DNA of 64,000 nucleotides from Bilabrum cf. latius (taxonomy: Eukaryota), in the NCBI GenBank assembly GCA_965178125.1, contig OZ237755.1, forward strand, positions 372,001 to 436,000, given 5' to 3'. Positions 1 through 12,533 of the stretch are shown here, in pieces; the stretch's first letter is position 1, and each line of letters opens with the position of its first letter. The notes below the pieces were generated by a model. It ran no database searches. It saw nothing but the letters and a program-made list of their open reading frames with translations, and was not told where the DNA came from. The position numbers were made by a program, and so were the translations under genes.

Positions 1-51
1 CATTTCGTCTTATTCTTGTGAGCGCAGTCGTTGTTTGGCGAAACTGCACCC

Positions 52-3000
52 ATGGCAGACCGCGAAGGGACCTTGCCCGGACACTGGCAACCTGACAGCT
101 TGGATCAAGTTGGCGACGATATTGGAGCTCGCAAGTTTAGATTTGAAGCGGTCCAGATGCCAGGTGGACCAACGGCTTCAGATCGACTTCGTGGGTTTGC
201 AATGGCAACCAAGACAGACTAGGCAGTATCATCCAGGCAAGAGCAAGGGGCTGCTAGCGTGCCATCGCCGGGCCGAGACATGTGGGTCCATGAGAATGGA
301 AGCAAGGCGAAAGAAAGTCGGCGTGGATCGGCCCATCCGATGCCATAGGCCCCACTTACCTGGGGTGAGGCGTTTGAATAGAATGGCGTCCGATCTGGGG
401 ATAGCAACGGAGTTCGAAAGCAGCCAACTCGCGCTTTGCCTGAACACGGCACTAAAAGAATGACCCAGGAGTAGAAGCCGCAGTCTTCAAAGCCGCTTAT
501 GCGCCCGAGTCTCACCGCTAGCCTTCTAGCTAGGGCCGAGGCATCGGGGATGCAGCAGCTGCCGTCCCCCACCTCTGGAGCGATGCGGCTGGAGCAGGCG
601 CCCCGTGGACCCAACCAGGCCGCCAGTCCTGCGAACTCATTCATTTCAAGACTATCGAGGGGGAATCTGAGCGGCGGGGCACCTGCGTCATTTCTTGAGG
701 CCGCAGAGCAGAGCGCGATCCGGGATACAAGGTCCTCAGCCAGGCTCGCGACCAGCTCTGGTGGCTCGAATGGCAGCAGCACTCGCACGGCCGGCCCGAA
801 TAACACGGTCTCCAAAACGCTTAGTGACAGCCAGAGCAGCGGAAGCCCTAGTACTCGGGGGCCCCGCAGACCCAGCGGACCCTTGCCGCAGCATGCAGCC
901 AAAGCCTCGATTGAGCTGAAGCGCGCGCGATCAGTGGGGCAGATCGTGCTGTCACCATCCCCCGCCGTTGCGCAGCCGCAGCCACCACCACCGGCCCCTG
1001 GCAGGGCATCGGGCGTTTCCTTCTCTCCTGATAGTACGGGGGTCACGGGGGGGGGGCTGTACAGTAGCGCGATTGCAGCTGCCACCGACAACTCGTCGCC
1101 AGCACCTCAGCCACCACCAGCCCCGCCCGCCCCGCCCGCCGCAGGGGACAGCGGCAGCCCGTCATCTCCCAGCCAAACCCGCCAAGAGCCAGGCCGGGCC
1201 TCCATGAGAGAGCGACGCACCGCGCAGATTATCCGTGGTGGCAGCAACGGGTACCGATCAGACACGCCAGAGTCTCCCACCGCTGAAGCAGAGCTGAAAG
1301 CCAAAGCAAAGAAAGCAAAGACCCTGAGCACGCTCCCGCACCTCAGCAGGAAGTTCGAGTCCTCCTTTGTGCCGTCACCATCTGCACAACGGGGCGTGCA
1401 CTGGAGCAGGAGCTCCCCGGAGAGTTCCACTTCCCCGAGCTCTGACAAGGCTTCCCAATCGACGAACCAGAACCGGTAGAGCGGATCCAGGTCGCCTTTT
1501 GCTCTCATGCGAGCTGCTGGTGCCACCGATGGCACCGCAGAATCAGCGCCACGTTCTGTTGAGGATCCAGACAAGCCACCTTCCCTGCAGCAGTACCTTG
1601 CGTAGCTTCGCGGCGATCCGGACGACAGCGATGACCCTGTCAGGGATCTGCGCTTTGAAAGAAAATCAATTGGTCGATCTGAGTTGGGTGGATCACCGTA
1701 GAGGATCAAGCAAGCAGCAGCAGAGGCTATGCGAGGGGCGCAGGAGGCGTCAAGACTCGCTCATTTGGCCTAGAAGCACCGTGAGAAAGGCACAGGGGCT
1801 GGAGGCATTGCGGATGACCTGCAGATGACTACATAGCACGGTCGGTTGCCCGATCACCGGATGCTGCACCCGAGCCCTGGGCACAAGCATGCAGGGACCG
1901 ATGATAGCGATAGCGAGGATGGCACAGGGTAGGGTGGTGCAAATCCATACGACCGAGTTGATATGGAACAAGAAGGCACTGGGCAAAGGGCATACCGCAG
2001 ACCGCTTGCACCGTTGCCCAACGTGCAGCAGCCCGCCCCTCCGTCAGGTGTGCCCCCAGTGCCGTCCAGGGCGCACACGCCCGCATCTTCGAAACGGAAC
2101 CTGGATCCAAGCGATGAGGAGGCCAAAGCAGCAGATGACGCAGCTGCGGCTGCGGAGGAGGCTGCAGCCGTGCTGCACGACCTTGCTTCGGACTGGGGCG
2201 TTGAGTACGATGCCAGGCTTGCAGTTCCAGGACACGCGAGGCAACACGCGGGCGATTTGGTCGGCATGCACGCCGAACCTTTGGTATCACCACCTCCGCC
2301 TCCCCCCGGGATAGGCATTCAGACACCGGCAACGACCCCGCCTGGAGCCGACTTGAGAGAGAATGACGGGAGCGCTAGTCCTACTTCCATGTTTGCGTCT
2401 GCTGCCGTGCGGAGAAGAGCCCCTGCCCCCATGCAGCTACCGTGCACGCCCCCACCGAAGCAGGCTGGCAGCGGCAAATCGGCAGCACCGCCGTCCCGTG
2501 CGCCGTCTTCTCAGTCACCTATTCTGCGCGCCCTTCGCTCTCCTGTGGTTCGTGATGCAATTCAGCATGCCGAGTACGCGGCCAGCGAGGCTGCCAGTCA
2601 GGCCGAGCGAGCTGCTGCTGCAGGAGAGGCGTCCTCGGTGGCAGACACCAGATCAGTGGCTGGGAGCAGCGTGGCATCATCTCGTCACAATACTGCGGAC
2701 AGACTCAGCTCCGCAGCTGACTTATAGGCTGACGCTCCAGATAGCGTTAGTCAAGCTGTGGGAATCGATATTGCAGCTGCCCAAGCAGACGCGGAGCCTT
2801 CCGCCGGAGACGACGACGGCACCGACCTTGTGGTCAGCTTGTCAGGTGGGCGGGTCGTGCCATTCTCTGAGGTAGTGCGTAGGAGCTTGGCCATGTCTGA
2901 CACCGCTGCCTAGGCGGCTGCCAAGCTCTCGCCTGTGGAGCGTGCCGAGATGCTCCGAAGCGCCGTCGCACTGCTGTCCGAGCCAGCCCTAGGTTCATGG

Positions 3001-6000
3001 CTCCGCCTGTACAAGGACCTGTCCGCGACGCAGCGTGGCGATGAAGAGGACCTGAGCGAGGCAACCGCAGCTGCAGCGCTGGAAAATGCCAAGGGTGCCG
3101 TAGTCAGGGCTGCTTCTCTGCCTGCCTCCATCTTGACCCGCTATGTAGAGGCAGCTAGTGTGTCCAGTGCTCGTGCCCAGGCGCGCCTCTCGTCTTTGCA
3201 GGCGACTTTGCCGCTCCATCGACTAGCCACGCAGTTGCTCAGCGCTGGTATCTCTGAGAACCGTCGCAATGGCTTGCTGCACGACAAGAGCGAGTCACTG
3301 CGGCCTTGGAATGATGTGCTACAAATGGAGCTGGGGGTGTTGCCACGAGACGATGAGGCATCAAACGAGGAGTCGGGCGCGACAAGTTCAGACGCAGCAG
3401 CCTCGGCTGACGTCCGACCACCGTCGCCGCACAGTGCTGCCCATGTCGTTGAGCTGCAGGCAATGAACGCTATCACGTCCGGCGGCCTTGCACCAGCTCA
3501 GGCGGGTGGCTAGCAGGCCTCGGGTGAATCTGAGCGAAGCGCCTCCCCAGGGTCAGCGTCAGTCAATGTCCCGCCCGGGATCCCACCCAAGCTGCTCGCC
3601 ACCTACGTCGAATCGCTGGCTAGGATCAGTCTCGCGTGGAGGCGCGAGAGGCGTCAGATCGCGAAGGGGTGGCGCGAGCAGCGCGCACCGCAGGAGCGAC
3701 TGCGGGACCGGATAGCAGCGGCGAGAGCACAGCGCGATGCACAGGAGGAGAGAAGTCGTCGGCTGGCGGTCCAGTTGCAGCAGATGTCACGAGAGGTCGA
3801 GGAGAGACGGCAACAGATGCAGAAGGACGTGACGGAGCTCGACGCGGATCAAATCTAGGAGCTTCTCGACGGACATGAGATCGACGAGGAGGGCGAGGCC
3901 ACCATTCGCGCGGAACTGAACGCTGCTGCAGCCAGAATGGGTCAGACTAGGGCAGCTCTCACCATCGAGGAGGCCGTTCGTCAGGTGAGGCAGCAGTACA
4001 AGGACCGCGCCGAGGAGGTGCGTCAGGATGGGACGGCCTTCTGCGACCGTCTCAAAGAAGAAACGCAGCAGGTCATGAAAGAACGGGTTGAACAATACAC
4101 TGCCGCCCTGGAAACCAGCGTGAAGGATAGAACAGAGAAGCTTGAACGCCGCAAGGAGCAGCTGCTGCACCGCACTCCTCTGCGAAAGCTCAAGCGGGAG
4201 GTGCGCTCGATGTGGGGCCTGAAGCAGGACGGTAGCAGCACCCTCGCTAGCACCTTTTCGGGCAGGCGACCCACTGGTGCGGACCTCGCGAAGCGCCTCG
4301 CGGTCAACAAAGGCAAGAGTGCGGAATCCATGGCATCCCCTGCCTCGGAAAAGCGAGCAGGTCGTTACCTTCGCATGTTTCTGGCATCCTCTCTGCGGCA
4401 TGCAGGGTACAGCGGTAAGCTCTTCGAAACGCTGCGAGCGGCAGCCGTGCACTTTCCTTTGAGTTTGCGACTACGCCTGTCCGTGTTCAAAGGGGAGGCG
4501 TCTAAGCGAGGTTCGGAGCTTCAATCCAAAGATGCAACCGCCGATCATGGCGGACCTGAGCCGCTCTTGCGGGAGGGGGAGCGCAGCGTGGACATTGACG
4601 ATATCCTAGCGGCGGCCATGCGAAATGCACAGTAGCAGAACAATGGCGTGCCGCCCCAATCCCCGTCAGTACGCAGCCCGGGCGCATCCGCAGACGCGGG
4701 GAAGGGGATTGGCACTCCACCTGCTGCCCATCCCCGAGGCGGTGGTCGCCCGGGCCAATCAGAACTGTCGACGTCCGGATCCGCGCGAGCTTCAACTGCG
4801 GGTCAGTCACCCGCTCCAGCCATGAAACCGCTCACAGCCACCCTGCTTGGCGCACCAACTCCACGTACCAGGGCAGCAGAGAGCATCGAGCGGGAGCTGG
4901 AGCAAGCCAAGTTGAGGCACGCTGGCATGCGCGCCGCTCTTGCTGCTGCAGCCACAGCTCAGGAGGAAGCCGGAGCCATCGAGGCGTACGAAAGGCGGCA
5001 GCAACAAGAACACATCAGGCTCAGCAGGAGGCACTGGTCCCACCCACAAGACGTGCGGCATCGCGCGCTGCCCATCGGTGACAGGGCTCCACCGAGTCCC
5101 GAAACGACAGTGCTGCGGTCCCCCGATCTCGACCCGATTTCACCCTCAACAGGCACCATCGAAGCACTCATTAGAGACAGGTCGATCAAGGGCGGTACAG
5201 CGGACGAGCTGCGACATGCGGTATCGCGGATGTCTGGAGACGCCGCAGATTCCATGCCGGACGGCATTGCGGCAGACGAGCCAAGCGATGCTCTGCAAGA
5301 AGCACTGCAAAGAGAGACGTTGGCTATCTCGCCCCGAGATTCTGGGGAGGCCATGCGTGGGGATGGCTCCAAGCATACCTCGAGGTCCTCTAGTAGCAGG
5401 GATCGAGGCAACTCGCGCGATTCCACCGGAACAGGCATGGAGGCGCCAGTTGAAGCGGTCAGCCGAGGCAACTCCTCTCATTTGCTTGACTCCGACGAAA
5501 AAGACAGCAAAACCCGGCCAGCCAACGAGTTGGAGTCGGAAGACCAGGCTGAGCACGCCGGGTCAAATACAACTGCTGGCATACAGGAAGACTCTCATCC
5601 TGCCGACGGGTCAGATGTTGCGCAACGCGCTGATCGCCACGCAGCCATCGTGCAGGCTAGGGAACTTGTGGCTTAGTACAGAGCGCAGGCTGCAAGGAGC
5701 GGGGTCGAGCCCGGAGCTACTCCTGCTTCGTCGTCGGGCGGATCGCACGGCAACGGGTCAACCGCATCGCGCGATTCCGCTCCCGACCACGGCTCGCTGG
5801 CTCTGAGTCAGGACTCAGGAAAGGGGCACGCCGCGGTGCCTCGAGCCCGTGGCCGTGGTTCGCGAGGCAGGATGCCCGGGGCTTGGGAGGCCGTGCTCTC
5901 GCCCTCTGACCCGATCGCTGCAGCTGAGCCGCAGTCGCAGTCGCCGCCTTCTAGACCTGCGCAGCAACCCAACCGTGGCCGGCTTGGCACTGCAGAGAGT

Positions 6001-7041
6001 CTCCAAGGCAGCGCTGCGTCCTCGCTGTCAGACTTCCCAAGGGAGCATGGGTCCGATGCAGGCAGCCTTTCAGAGCCATTGCTGGAACCAACCGCGGCAC
6101 GGCAGGCGATCCAGGCGGTCCCGTCGGGATCATCATCGCCTCCCATGCAGGCTCAGGATCCAAGCACGGCAGATGAGGGTGGGCAGACAGGCCCGCCTGC
6201 CAGGCGGCCAGCCCCTCCCAAGCCACAACCCCCTCCGAAGAAGCTCGGCTTCGGCAGCAGTGCTCCCCGAGGGCTCAGTGGAGATGGGGCTACCGATGGC
6301 AGCAAGCCCAGGTCGAATGACGAGAGTGCGTCCAAGCTGAATGTTGGCAGCAAGGCCGAACCCGAGGATGGGGCAGCAGCTGATGCGCCTGCCGACGCGC
6401 CTATCCCTAACTCTAAACCTGAACCTGAAGCAGTCCCTGGTCGAGGCAACCCAGCCCCGGGCCGACACAGCCAGCCGGCGCTGGGACTCGGACAGGGACC
6501 CAAGCCGAGGCAGGGCCGCCGCCTTCCTCCCAGCCTCTCAAAGTGGAAGTCGAGGAGGCAGAGAGAGGAGGCGGCGGCGGAGAACTTCGCGGCATCGCCG
6601 GCCGGGGCCAGGTTTGCGGCAGCGTCGCCTCGGGGCAGCAGCAAAGGCACGGGGGGTCTTGGTTATGATAATAATGGTGTCCGCAAAGCTTCGAGCAAGT
6701 CGCCGGTGGCGTCACTCGGGGAGTCATCTCGCAGGGTGACGTTTGGCCCGGGTGTCAAGGCAGGGTCCGAGGCGCCACCGGCACCGGATCAGTCGGCAGT
6801 GGGTGTGGGTGTGGCAGGCAGCTCGGTGGCTTCGGTGACCGATCGCTAGACTGCTGGTGGTGCATCTCAAGTGCAGGGGCACGGGCAGGGGCAAGCAGAG
6901 ACTGGTGTGACGGGCAGTGGCAGCGCCGCCAGCGCCGCCCCTCCAGCTCCAGACCAGCTAGTGGAGTCCTACAGACAGGTTTTCCCGCGGAAGGGAAGGG
7001 GCTCCAGGCGGATGCGCCTGCCCCCGTCCCTTCGAAAATGA
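52..7041 (+). CDS. Large hypothetical low-complexity/coiled-coil protein (~2329 aa with TAG=Gln)
   Basis: Track ORFs starting at 31, 499, 1963, 2935, 3937, 4648 and 5836 share one frame. The gaps, read by hand, contain only TAG (about 17 in total). In-frame TGA upstream at 19-21, first ATG at 52, terminal TGA at 7039-7041. Charged coiled-coil-like segment at ~3640-4220. Confidence 0.75.
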
Positions 7042-7303
7042 TTTCGTGCGTTGCGATTTCCGGACTGGGTGACGCTTCTTGTTGTGCAATCCATCGACGC
7101 AAGTTGGTTTGCTGTGCGCGTGACCGAGCTGCCCACTGAATTCATGAAAGCCCCAGCAAAATGCCACCGCTCACCAGGGATCCCCCCCACTCGCTCCGGC
7201 TCTCTCGACCGCTGGCTCGATGCGGTTGTAACCAATGTCCTACTAGCGGTTGCAACCAATCCAGTGATACAGAGCGCACTTCGTCTCTTGCCCGAGCGCT
7301 AAG

Positions 7304-8998
7304 ATGCGTACCTTCCAAGCAGTGTTTGCGAGTTGCGCTTTTTTGGCAGCCGCTGCATATGGCGCCTACTGCCATGGGAAGCCTGCAGCGGATGCGCCAT
7401 CGAACCCCAACCCGATCAACACGGATGCGCCGAAGTTCGTGCGCAAGAACGATCATGGAGCGGTGTATGAGGCTGGGCGACCTGGATATGAGTTCCACGT
7501 CATCCACCTGTATGGAACTGCTTACGAGGTAAGGCTGTCGAAGATGTTGGGTTGGCAAGGGCCGCACGTGCAAGCAGTAGAATCGAGTTTCTGTGTCTTT
7601 CCGCCGCTCCAACAGGGTCGCTGTGGCCATGATCTGAGCTAATGTTTAAGTTTTTTTATTATTGCGTATAAGGCTTCAGTGCAAGATGTGTTTGCATATC
7701 TGTGCGCAGCGTGGGTTGGCCCACGGTCAGCTCATGAAAGAAGAAGCGAACGGCCTCGTCGATGGCGTGTGGCAGTACATGGAGGAGCAGCTCATCGATG
7801 GAGCCGGACTTTAGAAGCTTCCTCAGTGGCTTCAGGACCTGATTGCCGAGGTCGGCCTCGACATCGCCTTGGACGTAACCTTCGATTGGACCAAGAACTT
7901 CACCGGAGCCTACATTTACGATGAGATGCAGGGCCTCGCTGATGGTGCCAACATCAGCTTCACCAAGCTGCGTGACATCCATCTTATCGGTGAGGCGTGA
8001 AAGCTTTCTCTGGACCTTGCCGCGCGCAGACGTTCAAGTTGTGCTGCACGATTCGATGCCAGGCTTTGCCAGTTTCATGGGCGAGCTATTCCATCCCCTA
8101 CTGCCTGCCTGCTCGCCCTTCCCAACTCCCAGGCTCTCTCACCTAGGGCGACTGCTCCATGTTCGGTGCCTGGGGCAGCGCCACCGCGGACGGCAAGACG
8201 ATCCAGCTGCGTGCTCTTGACTGGGACACATCCAACCCCTTCAGGCAGCACCCCGCCATCCTCGTGGAGCATCCCACCGATGAGGGACACGCATACGCGT
8301 CCGTTGGATTCGTGGGATGGCTGGGCGCCCTCACGGGCATGTCCTCCAAGCAGGTCGCCATCAGCGAGATCGGCATCGCGTTCCCGGACAGCACCTTCGG
8401 CAACGAGTCGCGGGTGGGCATCCCCTTCACCTTCCTCCTTCGGGACATCCTCCAGTTCGACGACACCATCGATGACTCCATCCGCCGCATCCAGGATGCG
8501 CACAGGACCTGCGACCTGATCCTGGGAGTGGGCGACGGAAAGGCACCCCATGGACCTGGCGCGGGCTCGGAGAGCCACCGGGGCGACGGCAGCGACCTGC
8601 CTGTGGTGGGCCCCGTGACCTCAATCGAGTACTCGTACTCGGTTGCCAACTTCCAGAACCCCAAGAACAACGCCCCTTTTAACCAGACGTGGCACCCCTA
8701 CATCCCTGACGTCGTCAAGCAGTTCATGGACTGGAACTGCCCGGGGTTCCAGGAGACTGGCTCGCACCAGCTGCAGAAGTTCCATGGAAGCATCACACCG
8801 GAGAACACCATCTCTGACATCGTGGCCCGCACCCAGACGGGAAGCACGCACGTGGCCGTGTACGACCTCACGGACAACGAGATGTACGTCAGCTTCCTCG
8901 AGAGGGTGAACGCGACGGTGCAGCCGCACGACCTGTACGCCTATGAGAGGGAGTACACCAAGTTCAACATGACCGAGCTGTTTGCTGTGGAGCTGTGA
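7304..8998 (+). CDS. Secreted/lysosomal Ntn-hydrolase, acid ceramidase/NAAA-like (Dictyostelium dcd1-like); exons 7304-7528, 7710-7989, 8133-8998
   Basis: Signal peptide MRTFQAVFASCAFLAAAAYG. Motifs HVIHLYGTAYE|RGLAHGQL, YDEMQGLADG, LT*GD-CSMFGAWG (putative nucleophile Cys at 8153), QLRALDWD and G-x-PFTFLLRDILQFD. GT-AG introns at 7529-7709 and 7990-8132 keep the phase. Two in-frame TAG; ends TGA. Confidence 0.8.
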
Positions 8999-9396
8999 AA
9001 GACGACTTGGTTTCAATAGGCTTCACTGTGGGACTGGGCTATTCAGTTGAGGCTATGCCCCGTTGGGCGTCCCCTCTAGGTCTCGGCTTCAGCCTTACAA
9101 TTTGAGTGTGAATGATGCTAGATCTACCTTATTTCGTTTGGCGTCGCGGCAACCACACATGCTTGTCCTTTGCGGCCTCGAATGACATGGATACGGTGGG
9201 GTGTCTGCACTGCAGGTGGCCTCCGTACAGAGATCCGGATCCCGGATCATCCTTGGATTCTTGCACGGTGCTCCAGAAACAAGGACTGTGTCCAATTCGA
9301 AGCGTTCATATTAGCAAGCATGCAGCCCTCAGGGGGGGGGGGGAATACCACCACGGCTCATGTGAAGGAAAGCACAGCGAGCACGCGGAGCGTTCC

Positions 9397-12117
9397 TTAC
9401 TTTTTCCCCGCTGCCACGAAAAAGTACACGCCTGCGCTTACTCCCAGCGCAGCTACGGTAGCAATTGCAGTAGACAGCGACATGAGCTGGAACCCGAAGC
9501 CAGGAGGGCACTTCTTTAGCACGACTTCACCACCCATCAGCTCGTCTACGACAGAATCGTACGACCCACCGTCAAGGAGGCCCTCCTCCTGCAGCTTGCG
9601 TTTGATCTCCCGCCTCACGTTGGCATTGTCCATGAATACTTTGCTCCTCACAGTCTGCAAGCAAATGCTCCGAGGGTCACCAAAAACGGTGAACGATGGC
9701 ACCGCCACTCGCTTGATGAGAGCACCAACTCCAATAGTCTCAAGCAAGCTGTCAAAGACGCTGACCCGCTTCTTGCTGATGGCGCCTTGCACGCTCGTGA
9801 GCATCTTGGCTTGCAGTTCGGCTAGGCTAGCCGTGGATACTTGCTTTTCGGCCGGCATAGAACCCAGCGACACATCACCAATCACCCGGTCAAAAGCGGA
9901 CAGCACCGGTCTAAACCGCTGCTCTGCAATGGATGGGCCTGCTTCCTCCTTGATCGTGGAGACGGGAATGGCGGCCTGGTGTTTCAGCTCTTCCTCTGCA
10001 GCCTTCATTGCAGTCTTCACGCGCCTCTGAACCAGTCCCAGATTCTGTCGGGAGAGTGCCGCAAAGATGGCTTTCGAATCGAGCTTTGCCTAGTTTGCCT
10101 GGCCTTGCAGTTGCAGTCGCAGCTGTCGATTGAATTCGCCCTCCTCATGCGTGAGATCGCTGCTGCTCACGTCAACGATCGCGTCAGCCACCTTCTGGGC
10201 TCGCTTCTTCAACGCGCTCTCGCTTGCTAGATCACCAACGGCCGACCTGATGATGCCTTGTAACTGGTTCGGGTCCACGACGGCCATCAACTTGGCGTCG
10301 GACCACGACTCGATCGCGGATGACACGGCTGTGCGTGAAACACCCTTGCCATTCAGCTTCGCTGCGTTCAGGGCTACGCTTGCCTCGTTCCAAGACTTGC
10401 GCGACAGTCGAGACAAGTCCTCACTGAAATGCTTGTAAGCAGCTCGCTGGTTCAAGTTGCGGATGCGGTCAACCTCCTTCGACACTTGGTCCAACGTATC
10501 GTCGGTGACCTCGTTCAGTTTGCCGGGCGAAAGGTGAACGTTGAGCATTTCGACATGACGCATGACCAGAGCCTCTGCATCTGCCTGACGTCTTCGCAGA
10601 GTTGAGAGCTGGACAGCACCGGCAACGTGCACGTCGCCGCTGGCTGAAGTAGCACCGGAGCCCGGATCTTTCCCATCGTTCGCCTTGCCTTTGGCTTTCT
10701 TCAACAAGGCTTGCTGGAAAGTAGACACGTACGTGTCCACCTTGGAAGTGGCAAGGTTGATGATGTTGGACTTCTTTCCGGATACCATCAGCGCCACTCG
10801 CTCGACGGCCTGGGCAACAAAGTTCTGGGACTCGGGATTTTTCGAGATTGCCTCTTGGTCGAACAGATCTCCCACGGAAGCGTAGAAATTTTGCAGGTGC
10901 TTCTGGGCGGTGCTGTCGAACTCCGATACCACCGTCGTCGCAGGCAAGGGGCCATCCACCTCCAGCACCTTGGCCTTGTGAACTTCAGGGAAGGATCCAC
11001 GCACCTTGGCATTCAGCTCCTGCTCGAGGCTGCCGACACGCTTCTCCAGCTTGCTGTAGGCCGCCCCAAGCGACCGCGAGTTGAGCGCACTCCAGCTGTC
11101 TAGAACCTCTCCAGTCACACCCAGAAGGCTCTTCTCCCTCAGGGTTCTCACTGCTACGCGCAGGAGTCTAGCGATCGCATCGCCGGGCCGAGAGCCGCCG
11201 TTTGCCCGCGTGCCTATCGTCAGGCCGATCCTATCAGAGAGGGTAGCGACCCCCTCCAAGTAGCCCGCATCGATCTTGCTGCCCCGATTGAAAGCGGACA
11301 GGGTCCCCTCGTCCCTTCCAGCTTGAAGTTGTGTGCCCTACGATGCCCCTGAGATCGGCCACCCTTCCTCAAGGAAGGTGGCACCGATGGAGCCGCGATA
11401 TACCGCTGGGAGACGGGACTCAAATCCTGTGACTGAAGACGATGCAACCACCGATTTGGCCCAATCCGTGTCTTCCTTCCGCGTGTCCCGCGAGGAACCC
11501 ACCGTCAGCGACTACAGCACAACGAACTCCAGTCCCTTGGGCCCGGCCGGCAGAGCATCCTTCTATTTTGGCAGGCCTCCCTGGAACGCCTCGGCTAGCA
11601 TCGACAGAGACTCTAGAAGATCGACATCGGATGAGCCAAGTGTGCCATGGGTGATCCACACTACCCGATCGGCAATCAGCTCGGCTACAGCAAACAGTTG
11701 TGCAGCGAGCTCGCTGCTCACTGCAGATAGCCCATGAATGTCAAGAACGGCGGAAGCAACGTCATCACGCGACTGGAATAAGATAAGATCCACCCCAGGT
11801 GGCGCATTCTCTTCAGGAAGAGGCCAATCACCCGCCCCGGCAGCTTGTCCAGACGCGGCTGACGCAAGGACTGACTACCGCAGGCTCTGCGCCGCACCTC
11901 CGAAAGCAAGCACACTCTGCAGCTTCAAGTTGGAAGCCTGGATTGCTGAAATACCCGCCTCATTGAGCTCCAGCTTGTCGGCACTGTCAATGCGAAGCAG
12001 GGAAAGCCTTCTGGAATGTCCTTTTGACAAGCTTGACGGAAGATCCACTGAGGCAGCCCCAGCGTCCACACAGCAGCCAGCTAGGCTCCATGCAATTAAA
12101 GCAACGCAAGAGATCAT
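9397..12117 (-). CDS. Signal-peptide protein with degenerate GBP/atlastin-like G domain, helical region and single C-terminal TM (~906 aa)
   Basis: ORFs starting at 12117, 11793, 11259 and 10020 share one frame and are joined through TAGs; ends TAA. Hydrophobic N-terminus. LLRIDSADKLELNEAGISAI..VLAFGG, VLDIHGL..AQLFAVAELIADRVVWITHGTL and LEFVVL*SL follow the GBP motif order. C-terminal TM AIATVAALGVSAGVYFFVAA-GKK. Confidence 0.65.
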
Positions 12118-12227
12118 GAGAGATAGCCCGGATGGTGTTGTCGATTATCTGGGCTTCGATGCGAATGTGAGAACGGCAGAATTAAAGGGATCCGGTAAAT
12201 CAATGTAGTGAGCCACTTCGTGTGCAA

Positions 12228-12270
12228 GCGATCTTTGGATGTGCACGCGATCTTTGGATGTGCACGCGAT
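12228..12270. repeat. Tandem 19-bp direct repeat GCGATCTTTGGATGTGCAC x2 (+ partial copy) in a divergent intergenic region
   Basis: Exact copies at 12228-12246 and 12247-12265, followed by GCGAT. Contains the palindrome GTGCAC, which recurs at ~12308. Confidence 0.85.
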
Positions 12271-12533
12271 GTATACCCGGGTCCTGGCTATCTGATGAGT
12301 TTAACTTGTGCACGCTGACGATTAATTCTATTGAAAAGGCTAGGAACTATTGTTCAGACTAGAGAAGATGCTTGCTGATGAAGCGTAGAGCATACTCGAT
12401 TCTTTTGCCACCTAGATCTAAGGGCTGCAACCACTCGCAACAGAATCTGGTAAACATCGATTGTGTGCTGGCATCGTTCATACTAGCTCTCTCGCGTATT
12501 CCAGAAGACAGATAATCTTGCTGTATTAGTGGG

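Noticed and set aside
7051-7302. ORF in frame with the first gene as its C-terminal extension
   Set aside because: An in-frame TGA at 7039-7041 precedes it, so it is probably intergenic or UTR.
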